This document shows, one piece after another, positions 28,401-38,874 of a stretch of 64,000 bases of DNA. Position numbers and translations under genes: made by a program. This DNA comes from an uncultured Planctomycetaceae bacterium. Lineage in GTDB: Bacteria > Planctomycetota > Planctomycetia > Isosphaerales > Isosphaeraceae. The notes beneath the pieces were generated by a model that was not told the DNA's origin, ran no database searches, and saw only the letters and a list, made by a program, of their open reading frames with translations. Where the stretch lies: positions 320,001-384,000 of the forward strand of contig CAWIAD010000001.1 of assembly GCA_963833985.1 (NCBI GenBank). Direction: 5' to 3'. Within the stretch, counting starts at the first letter, position 1; each line of letters starts with the position of its first letter.

Positions 28401-31400
28401 TCAGCGTGCGCTTGTGCGGCCTGTCGGCGGCACCCCACTGACCGACCACGCGGCCCAGTAGCGAGGATGGACCCGCCTCTTGCCGACGTGCGACGACTTC
28501 GGATCGGCCGGCTCCGGAGGCGCTGATTCCACGGCTCGAGCCACCCAGTGGCAGTCGGCCCTCGAGCATCTCGATCTGTGCGAGGCGCATGGCCTCGATG
28601 GGCGTTCGTTTCTCGCCCCACAGATGCTCGTAGAACCGCGTCATCAGCGCCGCAGTGGCCGCGTCATCCACCTTCCACAGGCTGGCGATCACCGTCTTGC
28701 AACCGGCCTGGTGGAAAGCTCGTTGCAACCCGAGCACTCCCTCGCCGCCGGCGGTCCGTCCCAGCCCCGTCTCGCACGCCGAGAGCACGGCCAGCTCGCA
28801 GGCCGAGAGATCGATCGCACTCACCTCCTCCGCCGTCATCGTCCCCGCCCCCAGGTCCGCCAGCCCGGTGACCGGGTCGACAGGCGGATGGTTCACTCCC
28901 GCCCACGCCAGGCCCGACAGCAGTCCCGGATAGAACCCCTCGATGTCCGCCCGCCCCAGCCGGCCCGCCGTCTCGAGCGTGAGCGTGGTGGGGTCGGTAC
29001 TGGCGGCCGACTTGATGGAGGGCGGGGCGAAGTAGCCGTGAGTGGCCAGATGGAGATAACGGTGCCCGGGAAGCGCCTGACAGATCGTATCCTTTGTGGC
29101 CCGGGAACCCTCCAGGATCTCGACCTTGCCCTTGAGCGTGCGCTCAAACCGATCGCCAACGGCATGAATCTCCGACCCCGTGGAATGCAGGGAACCGTAA
29201 TGTCCCGTGCTGGCCGGCGCACGGCTTCCGCGGCTGGCAACCAGCGTGGCTGGTGTTTTGGCTGAGCTGGCGGGGTCCGTGGAGGGGACGCCAAAGTCCC
29301 CCCGATCATAATCCACCGCGCCAGCCGCCAGCAGCGTCGGCATCACATTGGAAGGAGCCCGTCGCAGCTCGGCGAGGAGCTGTCGGCCCGATCCGATCGT
29401 CGCCAGCGCATACCGTTCCACGAGGTAATGCCCGGGCGCCATAGGGTCCGGCAGCCCCGCCCAAGGCACGAAGTTGAGGTCTCCGTCCGGAGCAAGAAGC
29501 ACGATCTTGATGCCTCGAAGATGGGTTTCGAGCGGTTTCCAGAGGCGTTCGGCGAGTTCGAAGCCCGCGCTGTCGCGGTCCTGCTCGAGGCTGGCTCGAA
29601 ACTCGGCCAGTGCCTGATCCAGCGTCCTGCCATCGCCAAGCTGGATCAGGCTCACGCCCTTATTCTTGCGCGTGACGAAGGCAAGGTATCTCAGTTCGGT
29701 GGGAAGTCTTTGCGTACGCGGTGGATGTGGAGGCTCGTGTTCGTAACGAATGATGTCAACCAGCAAAGTGTCCTCAGGTAGGGACTCGAGAAGCTCACCT
29801 GGTCTCGGAGTGTCCGGGTGCCAGCCGATTGCGCGGGCGGCTTCCATTTCTTCGGTTGCGATGTCATCAACTAGCTGTCGGAGCTGGCGGGAATGGTCAG
29901 ACATTTCAGACTCCGGTACCCGTTGGGCGTAAGCCCGACCGAGCCGGCTTCGAAGTGTGGATATGTTGGCAACTTGCTCGCGCAGTGCGGGCGACGCGAT
30001 CGCTCGCGCGCGTCGGGCCGACGCGGCGTCTGAGGCCAAGCCCTTGACTGCGAGAACGTGGGCGTAAATCCCTGCAGGATCGGATCCACCAACAGAGCAA
30101 AGATCGAGTACGAGGTCGAGCTGGCTTCTCAGTTTTTGGAGCAACACCATCCGTTCACGCTCTGGAAGCGAGGGCAGGACCCTGCCCAGCGAGAGCTCTG
30201 CCTCGCGTGCGGCCCGGTCAGACATAGGGATTGCTTGATCATCCTGGCCCAGGTCGTGAAGTAAAGCGGCCAGGTAGCTCATTGCTCGCGTGGTATCCGG
30301 GTGCTGCTCGCCCTCCACCTCACGGCGGAGTGTCAGCTCCTTCTCCACAAGCTGCCGGGCGGCCTGGATGTCACCCTGATCGCGGAGCACCGTGGCAAGC
30401 CTATTCATCGCGGTTAGAGTGTCCGGGTGACGGTCCCCATACACCTCCTTGCGAACCGCGAGTACCTGCTCGTACATGGAGCGCGCGGTCTCGAGTTCCT
30501 TCTGCTGCCCCAGCAAGTCTGCCAGGTTGTTCATGGCCCCCAGAGTGTTCGGGTGCTTGGGCCCATGAACCTCCCTGAAGAGGGCTACGGTTTTTTCGGA
30601 GAGTGGACGGGCCGCCCTGTAATCCCCTTGCATTTGATACAGAGCAGCAAGGTGGCTCATGGCTTCGATCGTGAAGTAGTGCCGCTCGCCCTGGACCTCA
30701 CCAAGCCGGAACACAGCCTCTTCGGCCAGAGGTCTCGCAGCGGAAGCATCACCCAGGGCGCGGAGCATTCCCGCGAGGTTGGACTGCGCTCGAATGGTTT
30801 CGGGGTGCCGATCACCCTGGACCTGCCGTCGTAATTCCAATACCCTTTGCGCAAGCGGTCTTGCGGCCGCATAGTCTTGCTGCGAGACCATCAGCATGGC
30901 CAGGTTGTTCAGCGCGGTGATGCTGTCAGGATCCTTCTCCCCTTTTGCTTCGCGGATCAGTTGGAGCACCTTTTCGGCTAACGGCCTGGCAGCGCCGTAT
31001 TCTCCTATGGCCCGTAGCAGGCTGGCGAGATTCCCCATGATGGATATGGTCATGGGATGGCGCTCGCCGAAGACTTCGAGGGTTAGAGCAACCGCCCGCT
31101 CGGCAAGCGGTCGAGAATTCCGGTATTCGCCTTGAAGTCTCAGAGCGATGGACAGGTTGCCCATCGTCGCAATCGTCGCAGCGTGCCGGTCCCCCTGCAA
31201 CGCGCGTCGGATCGACAGCGCCTTTTCGAGTGTTGGGACCGAATCACGGAGTCGTCCGCTGCCTATGAGGCTAACGCCCTCGCGATCCAGCTTCTCTGCC
31301 TCAGCGATCCGCGCACGATCCTCCGCCCCCATTTTCGCAAGCTGCTCTGTGATCGCCAATTCCGTGCGGGCGTCGACAGTCCTCCAGTTTTCGCTGCCAA

Positions 31401-31800
31401 ATTTCTTCTCCCGCAGTGAGAGGATTTCGCGGCGCGTCGCGATTGCCGCGTTCCAATCGTTACGCTGCTCTTGGAATGACTCGATGAGCTCGAGTGACCC
31501 AGCCACGGCATCGCTGGTCTCACCCAGGATCTGGCGCTCGATTGCCACCTTCTCTTCGAGAACTCGGATTGCGCTTTCGAGACGACCCTCCGAACCCAGC
31601 TTCTTTGCCTCTTTTTCCAGCCGGTCCCGCTCCTTGAGCCGAAGCTGCTGCTCGGCAGAGAGCGCCGGGGGCCCTGGGGTGCCCCCCGCGTTCTCCTCGG
31701 CTACGCACACCAGAGCCAGACACAGCGGTGGCAAAAGCCCGAGCGAGTGGAGAGTTCGCCGGCCAGGAACCAGCGAGCGAACCGGGATGCGACTCGTCAT
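28401..31800 (-). CDS. TPR-CHAT (caspase-like protease) protein; frameshift near 28480-28530 hides the true C-terminus
   Basis: Signal-like N-terminus; 42-aa kinesin-light-chain-type TPRs (GxxHPxT..NLA); CHAT dyad HLATHG / LSACETG; SLWKVDD. Alternate frame gives canonical HPRYWAAWSVSG, ending at TGA 28401. Confidence 0.9.
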
Positions 31801-31832
31801 GGCAACCCCCTTGCAGCAGTACTGTGAAGCGA

Positions 31833-33686
31833 TCATTCGGCCACATGCGGGAAGGCAATACCGGAAAGGAAGCTCGACTCTGAACGGAGCCCGGACTGGA
31901 GCGCGCGGAGCGGAGCGAGCGCGGCCGAGAGATGGCTCGGCTCAGGCGCGGTCAGCGACCGTGAGCCGGACCGGCCGGACGGCTCGACGCCGTCGGATCG
32001 AATCACGACCATCACCTGATCGGGAAGTGCGGGCAAGCTGCCTGCCGCTCCCAGCAGCTTCGCGATCTCGGTCTGCGTGACCGGACGGTCCCGCCGGCCG
32101 CAGACCAGGAGAGCCTCCGTGCCCGGCGGCCCTTGCAGTCGTACGACGTCGTTGACTCCCGGGGCCGGATAGCGCAGCGTGTCGGCCGTCACTCCCGGCA
32201 CGACCTCGGCCTTGAGCTCCTCGACCTGGCCTTCGGAATCAACCCAGAAGAGTGCTGCGTAAGAACCATGCGGTACCCTGCATGAGCACCAGAGCTGGGC
32301 TCCTGTCCTGAGCGGCAGCACCTCGCGGAGGGCCAGCGGGCCGTATTCGCCCACAATATGGATCAGCTCCTGGTCTTCGGTCACACCCACCAGCGGCTGC
32401 ACGGACCGGCCGGTCCCCGAATGCAGCCCCAGCGCCGCGAGCACGGCGATCAGCGGCAGAGCGACAGCGGCCAGCAACACGTCGCGCCGCGGCACCCTGC
32501 CGGCCTGTTCGAGCTGCTCCGCCAGTTCGTTGGCGCTGGCATGCCGATTCGTTGTCTCGGGCGAGAGTGCTCTCAGGCAGATCCTCTGGAGCCTTTTCGA
32601 TGCTCCGGATGCCTCGAGCGACGAGCGATCGACGGCGCCGCAGCGAGCGCGCTCGAGCAGCCAGGGCCTCTCTCCGATGCCGTGGGGCGGCTTGCCGGTG
32701 AGCAGAAAAAAGAGCAGACCGCCCAGCGCATAGATGTCGGCGGCAGGCCCCACTCGTTCGATCTCGCCCCGGGCCTGTTCCGGGGCCATGAACATGAGCG
32801 TTCCGCCGCTGGGTCCGGAAATGTCGTCGGCCCAGGCGTGGCGCAGCCGCGCCAGACCAAAGTCGATCAGTCGCGGCCGGCCGAATTCATCGATGAGGAC
32901 GTTTCGCGGCTTGATGTCCTGGTGGACGACGCCCTTGCCGTGCACGTAGGCCACGGCCCGAGCGATCTCGGCCACCAGCGCGGCTGCTTGCCTGGCGGTG
33001 GGCAGGCCCTGCTCGATGTGTCGCTCCAGCGAGCAGCCCGGTACGTATTCCATCACCAGAAACGGCCGCCCTTCGTCATTGACGTCAAGGTCGAGCACGC
33101 GAATCAGATTCGGGTGATCGAGCTGCGCGAGCAGCCGGCCCTCGGCCGCCAGCAGCTCGCGGCTGGCGTCATCGCCCACGATCCGCCGGGTTGCCAGCTT
33201 CAGCACGAGGTCCTTCTTGAGTCCCGGGTGGACCACGCGGAAAATCTGGCCCTGGCCTCCCTCGTCCAGCAGCGAGAGCACGGAGTAGCGGCCAATCCGG
33301 GTCGGATGCGTGGCGGCGGACGTGTTCGGCGGGCCGATCGCTGGGAAATGATTCGTCCTGCCCGGACGGTTTGACCGGGGACCCGCGGTCCGCGTTCCGG
33401 CGTCGGCGAAGACCTCTTCGATCACCGTGACCAGGTCGGGAAACCTGCCGCGATAGGCCCCGGCGTCTGGCGCCTGGCCCTGGGAACGGGCGAGTTCCAG
33501 CTCGAGCGCCAGCAGCTCGCGAAACAGGTCGACGCGCGATGCCCATTCATGCGGTGCGACGAACTCCTCGATGCGGGGGTTCTCGCCACGCCGCCAGCGG
33601 TCTTCAAACGTATCGCAAAGTTTCAGCATGCGCTCGAAAACGTCCAGGGAAGGATCGCCCTTGTCCGTCGCTTCCGACGCCTTCAT
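31833..33686 (-). CDS. Ser/Thr protein kinase (non-RD, HQD) with TM and C-terminal DUF4384-like domain
   Basis: EGGQGQIF, VLK, HQDIKPRN, DFG, APE; TM; LRTGAQL..LFWVDSEG..GPPGTEALLV; ATGA-coupled to the ECF gene. Confidence 0.88.
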   Translation of the reverse strand: MKASEATDKGDPSLDVFERMLKLCDTFEDRWRRGENPRIEEFVAPHEWASRVDLFRELLALELELARSQGQAPDAGAYRGRFPDLVTVIEEVFADAGTRTAGPRSNRPGRTNHFPAIGPPNTSAATHPTRIGRYSVLSLLDEGGQGQIFRVVHPGLKKDLVLKLATRRIVGDDASRELLAAEGRLLAQLDHPNLIRVLDLDVNDEGRPFLVMEYVPGCSLERHIEQGLPTARQAAALVAEIARAVAYVHGKGVVHQDIKPRNVLIDEFGRPRLIDFGLARLRHAWADDISGPSGGTLMFMAPEQARGEIERVGPAADIYALGGLLFFLLTGKPPHGIGERPWLLERARCGAVDRSSLEASGASKRLQRICLRALSPETTNRHASANELAEQLEQAGRVPRRDVLLAAVALPLIAVLAALGLHSGTGRSVQPLVGVTEDQELIHIVGEYGPLALREVLPLRTGAQLWCSCRVPHGSYAALFWVDSEGQVEELKAEVVPGVTADTLRYPAPGVNDVVRLQGPPGTEALLVCGRRDRPVTQTEIAKLLGAAGSLPALPDQVMVVIRSDGVEPSGRSGSRSLTAPEPSHLSAALAPLRALQSGLRSESSFLSGIAFPHVAE

Positions 33687-34300
33687 GCACCTTGCTCCCA
33701 TTTCATCCGGATCAGCTTGAGCTTGTTTGCCACCGTCCGCAGCGCACAGCCAAGCCGCGCCGCGATCTCTTCATTGGTGTAACCTTCCAGCTTCCAGACG
33801 GCGATCTGCCGCAGGCGGTCGCTGTTCAGGGCATCCAGCCGGATGCGGTACTCCTCCGCGACCAGCGCGGCGAACTCGGGCGTGGGTTCCTCGCCGGCAA
33901 GTCGCTCGAGGGCCACGGCCGGCTCCGCACCTGGCTGGCCAAGCTGGTCCGCCTCGATTCGCTGCCAGCCCCCTCCGCGCTTGAGCCTTTTCTGCCGTTC
34001 GGCGTGGTCGACCGCCTTGCGGCCGGTGATCGTCACCAGCAGCTTCCAGAGGTCGTCGCGATCCGAGAGCTGCGGGAAGCGGCCCCGTTCCGCACCTGCG
34101 AAAAAACTATCGAACGCGCTGAGTGCGGCATCTTCTTCATCCGCATCCGCGGTCCCGGCGTGCAACGACCGCAGCCGGGCACGCGCCAGCCCGACGAGAC
34201 GGTGAAAGTAGCGATCCCAGAGCCGCTGGGCCGCCTCGTGGTCGCCGGACTTCAGCTCGCCCAGCCAGTGAGTCACCGAGCCGGGGTCGATGCTCGACAT
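33683..34300 (-). CDS. Planctomycete kinase-associated ECF sigma factor
   Basis: SVTHWLGELKSGDHEAAQRLWDRY, DEEDAALSAF, DLWKLL, EGYTNEEIA..RTV..KL. Confidence 0.9.
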   Translation of the reverse strand: MSSIDPGSVTHWLGELKSGDHEAAQRLWDRYFHRLVGLARARLRSLHAGTADADEEDAALSAFDSFFAGAERGRFPQLSDRDDLWKLLVTITGRKAVDHAERQKRLKRGGGWQRIEADQLGQPGAEPAVALERLAGEEPTPEFAALVAEEYRIRLDALNSDRLRQIAVWKLEGYTNEEIAARLGCALRTVANKLKLIRMKWEQGA

Positions 34301-34600
34301 TCTCGGTCTGCCCTCATAGATCGATGTGGCCAGGAACATCACACACTGCACTCTCCGCCGTCGCAAGCGAATTTCAGACAGTTTTGACTTTTCCTGACAG
34401 GTCTCCAGGGCACTGGCCTGCGCCGCGGGAAGGCGGCCACTCCGCCTTTGCCAGCCGGCGGGTCACTCCACATTCCGGGACGCACCCTTGCACGGTCCAC
34501 GGCGATTTCCGGATGGGACAGGTAGAGGGCGAGCGGACAGCGGGCAAGTCTGGACGCCTTCGGATCGACCACAACGGGCAGACACCTGGAGGATACGGCA

Positions 34601-36780
34601 ATGTGGCGGCTTTCGAGCATCCGGCAGCGAACGAGTCGGCAGGTCCAGCGGCGCAAGGGGTTCCGCCCGGAATGCGAAGCGGTCGAAGCGCGGACCTTAC
34701 TTTCCGGTCTGGGGTCTCCCTCGTTCAGCGTGACCAATCTCTCCGCGACGCAGGCCACTCTGACCTGGAACAGCGTCGCCGGCGCCGCGGGTTATTACAT
34801 CGTGGACGAGATCAACGGGGCCTGGACCGTACTCAGCTCCGCGGGAAGCGGCAGCAACAGCTTCACGATCAATGGGCTGAGCCCCGGCACGACCTACGGA
34901 TTTGACGTCGGCGCCTCCGACTGGAACAGCGTGAGCTGGGGCAATCCCCAGTTCGCCACCACGCCGTACTCTGGCCCCCCCGCCCCTCTGTGACCGCGGC
35001 GAGCATCTCCGCCACGCAGGTGAACCTGTCCTGGGACAACGTCCCGGGCGCGGAATCCTACTACCTCATCGAGCAGATCGGCGGTTCGTGGCAGGTGATC
35101 GATATCCTGGGCAACACAACCACAAGCTGGACGGTCGGCGGCCTCAGCCCTGGCACGTCGTACAGCTTCGACGTGGGCGCCTATAACGGGTTCGGGATCT
35201 CCTGGGGCAATCCCCAGCAGGTCTCGACACAGCAGGCCGCACCGCCAGCCCCGGCTTTCACGGTCTCCGGTGTTTCCGCAACACAGGCCACACTGCAATG
35301 GAACAGCGTGCCCGGAGCGCAGGGTTATGACATCGTCGATGAGATCAACGGCAACTGGACCGTGGTCGGCACGCTTGGCAACGACAGCACCAGCTGCACG
35401 GTCACGGGCCTTACCTCCGGCCTGACATACGGCTTCGATGTCGGGGCGTATAACGCCTCGGGGCTCTCCTGGGGCAATCCTCAGTTCGCCACGACGCAGC
35501 TTCCGGCACCCCCGGCACCTGCCTTCACGGCCTCGGGCATCTCGACCACGCAGATCGGCCTGAGCTGGAACAGCGTGCCGGGAGCGCAGGGCTACTATGT
35601 CGTCGAGCAGACGAGCAACGGCTGGACACTGCTTGGCACCCTGGGCGCGGGAAGCACCGGCTGCACGGTGAACGGGCTCAGCCCCGGTACGTCGTACACC
35701 TTCGACGTCGGGGCCTACAACAGCGCGGGCGTCGGCTGGGGAACAGCTCAGTCCGCTTCCACCGAGTCCAATTCTGTCTCGGTCAACCACCCGGCCGCGG
35801 ACGCGGGTTACGCCCCGGTGAGCGGCACGCTCTTCGGACCCAACGGTCCTTCCTTCCTGGACGTCCAGCAGGGCGGAGCAGGCGACTGCTGGCTGATGGC
35901 ATCGCTGGCCGAGGTCGCGGCCCGGGATCCCCAGGACATCGTCAACATGTTCACCGACCTGGGCTCGGCCTGGGAGAACGGGGCGCAGGTCGAGCTCTAC
36001 AGGGTTCGCTTCTTCAACGCCTCTGGCGCAGCGAGTTACGTGACGGTCGATACGGAGTTGCCGGACGGCGGATACTATTATGACCACCCGGCAAACGGCC
36101 ATCTCTGGGTGGCGCTCGCCGAGAAGGCCTATGCTCAGGCCAACGGGCTAGGTATTGTCACCACGCAGTACCGAGGTAGCGACTCGTACGATGCCCTGAA
36201 TGGCGGAATGGCGTCCTGGGCACTGAGCGCGATCACGGGAAGGCCAGCGGCAGACTATTACTTCAACGCCAGCAACATCGCCAGTGCCTGGGAGGCGGGC
36301 GCCTTGATCGTCATCTCGACCACAAACCCGTCCAGCTCGTCGATCGTCGGCGACCACGCTTACGCGGTCGTCGCTTACAATCCATCGAGCAACCAGCCGT
36401 TCGAGGTGTACAATCCCTGGGGAACCAACTCTTCCGGCTGGGCACTCGGCCTGTACAACGGCCAGCAGGTTTACGGGCTCTTCACTGCCAATGCGCAATT
36501 CCTGGCGGACAACTACGCCGTCGAATCGTTCGGGTCCGGAGCCGTACCCGACGCTCAGCAGAATATCCCGGGCACTGGCAGCCACTCGTTGCAGTCCGTC
36601 GGCTTGAAGCCGGTCGAGTCGACATCACCGGCGGCCGCGAAGCTCAAACAGTTGCCTGTGGCCTCCGCCCCGGCTCCGCCCGCGACACTTCCAGGTGCGC
36701 CGTTTCTGGGCCGCTGGATCGCCTTCGGCAAACCTGCGAAGGCCTCCCTGGGACCGGCGTTCACCATGGCGAATGCATGA
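34601..36780 (+). CDS. Secreted calpain-like (peptidase C2) cysteine protease with 4 FN3 repeats; 1-bp frameshift near 34985
   Basis: Planctomycete export motif RPECEAVEARTLLS; four FN3 units; catalytic QQGGAGDCW, DHAY, YNPWG; one added C in a C-run restores APSVTAAS. Confidence 0.88.
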
Positions 36781-36887
36781 CCAGGCCGAGCCCTGGTCGC
36801 GACAGCCCAGACACCACTTGAGCCTGGCCATTCATCGCAGCCCCGTGCCATCAGGACGGTGCTGCGATGTTTTTGCTTTCGGATCGC

Positions 36888-37169
36888 TCAGTCTTCAGAC
36901 TTCGTGCCCCTCAGGTTCCTGCGATGAATCGCCATGGCCAGCCCCAGCGTATTGGTCACCACCAGACAGGCATTGAGCAGCAGGTACACCCAGTTGCCAA
37001 GCATCCAGCTATAGGCTACCTGGCCGGCCACGCCCACCAGCGCCATGATGAAGAACCAGAGCGTCAGGGCCGAGGCATGCTCGTGCCGGCTCTGCCATTG
37101 CTTGTAAGTCTGGATGCCGAACGTAGGCACCAGGATGAAAGCGCTTCCCCAGCCGATGATCTCCTGCAT
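36888..37169 (-). CDS. PQ-loop / SemiSWEET-like three-TM protein
   Basis: MQEIIGWGSAFILVPTFGIQTYKQW..., YSWMLGNWVYLLLN; about 93 aa, 3 TMs. Confidence 0.7.
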   Translation of the reverse strand: MQEIIGWGSAFILVPTFGIQTYKQWQSRHEHASALTLWFFIMALVGVAGQVAYSWMLGNWVYLLLNACLVVTNTLGLAMAIHRRNLRGTKSED

Positions 37170-37307
37170 GAGCAGTCCTTCCCCGTCTCTCGAAGTCCTC
37201 CGACCAGCTCGGGCCATCGCTCTGGGAACCAGATTTGCGAGTCGTTCTGAGTGACCGCGCTCTCTCCGCCGATTGCGGAAGCGGTTCCCTGTTTGGAACA
37301 CTCGTCC

Positions 37308-38810
37308 ATGGCCAAGATGTTGCAACTGGTGCGCCCGGATTTTCTGCGCAGAGCGGGGTGGTTCGTACCCCTGGTCTTCCTCTCGCTGGCCGCGGCGCCC
37401 GGCTGGCAGCCCGTCGCGCAGGGCCGGGAAGCCGGGCCAGACGCGCTTGGACCCGAGGATCGCCACACGCTCCGGCAGTACGCGCGGGACACCTGGCGGT
37501 CATTCGAGGTCATGGCCGCGCCGAAGCGGCTTCCCGCGGATGGACTTCGTCGCGGAGCTGACGGCGTGTGGAGTCCCACCCGCAAGACGTCTCCCACGGA
37601 CATCGCGGCTTATCTCTGGAGCACGCTCGCGGCCGCCAAACTACAGATCATCGACTGGCCGGAGGCGGACCGCCGCTTCGAGACGACTCTCTCCGCCCTG
37701 GCCGGAATCCCCCGCGTGCACGGTTTTCTTCTGGACCAGATCGACACGGTCTCGGGAGATCCACCGCGGGAACCTGCGACCTCTGGCCGGGCCGCCCATC
37801 GCAAACTCTCGGCCGTGGATAATGCCTGGCTCGCGACCGCGCTGATGATGCTGGCCAACACCCGCCCCGCGCTGCGGGATCGTGCCCGGACACTGCTGGA
37901 ACCATTCGACTTTCGTTTCTTCTATGTGCCTTACGACCCGGCGGATCCGTCCACTCGCCCCGGTCAGTTGCACGGCGCGTACTGGACCGACACCAGTAAA
38001 TACGGCGATCTGCTCGGGCTCGTGAACACCGAGACGCGGATCGTCAGCTACATTGGCATTGCTCGCGGACAGCTTCCCCGGGAGCACTATTACCACATCT
38101 TCCGGACTCTGCCCGGGGAGAAAGTCCCGCAAACGCAACGGCCCCAGGGCGAACCGCGCACCTTCCTGGGGGTCACGGTGTTCGAAGGTCACTACACGTA
38201 TCACAACATGCGCATCGTCCCGAGCTGGGGTGGCAGCATGTTCGAGGCACTCATGGTGCCGCTCTTCGTCCCGGAGGGGCGCTGGGCGCCACGCAGCTGG
38301 GGCGTGAACCATCCGCTTTACGTGCGCGCGCAGATCGAGCATGGGCTCGAAGAGAGACGTTACGGCTTCTGGGGCTTCTCCCCTGCGTGTCGCCCCGAGG
38401 GCGGCTACCGGACCTACGGCGTCAATGCGCTCGGGGTCAACCCGATGGGCTATCACACTCACGACCTTGCCGACAGCGAGAAGGTATCCAGCGCCGCGTG
38501 GGAGCCGGTGATCACGCCCCACGCCTCGTTTCTGGCCCTCTCCTACGCGCCCCGCAAAGCGCTGGCCAACCTGAAGAAACTCCGCGCACGGTTCCCGATC
38601 TACGGGCCTTGCGGATTTCATGACTCCGTGAATCTTTCCAGCGGCAAGGTTTCCAACTGCATCCTGGCACTTGACCAGGGGATGATCCTGGCCGCGATCG
38701 CCAACGTACTGGCTGATGACGCAATGCAGCACGCCCTGGCCGATGGTCCGTTCGAGGGCGCCATCCGCGCGCTGATCGCGCCCGAGGCGTTCACCGCAGG
38801 TGCGCCGTAG
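37308..38810 (+). CDS. DUF3131/Glycoamylase-family glycoside hydrolase (GH144/GH189-related, beta-1,2-glucan-active candidate)
   Basis: TSPTDI, SAVDNAWL, SWGGSMFEAL, WGFSPA, VITPHASFLAL, YGPCGFHDSVN, LALDQGM; signal peptide. Confidence 0.8.
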   Translation: MAKMLQLVRPDFLRRAGWFVPLVFLSLAAAPGWQPVAQGREAGPDALGPEDRHTLRQYARDTWRSFEVMAAPKRLPADGLRRGADGVWSPTRKTSPTDIAAYLWSTLAAAKLQIIDWPEADRRFETTLSALAGIPRVHGFLLDQIDTVSGDPPREPATSGRAAHRKLSAVDNAWLATALMMLANTRPALRDRARTLLEPFDFRFFYVPYDPADPSTRPGQLHGAYWTDTSKYGDLLGLVNTETRIVSYIGIARGQLPREHYYHIFRTLPGEKVPQTQRPQGEPRTFLGVTVFEGHYTYHNMRIVPSWGGSMFEALMVPLFVPEGRWAPRSWGVNHPLYVRAQIEHGLEERRYGFWGFSPACRPEGGYRTYGVNALGVNPMGYHTHDLADSEKVSSAAWEPVITPHASFLALSYAPRKALANLKKLRARFPIYGPCGFHDSVNLSSGKVSNCILALDQGMILAAIANVLADDAMQHALADGPFEGAIRALIAPEAFTAGAP

Positions 38811-38874
38811 TTCCCGCGCTGCCGGAGTCCATGCCCGTGGCCGGCGACGTCGCAGCGCGTTGAGGCAGATTCCC

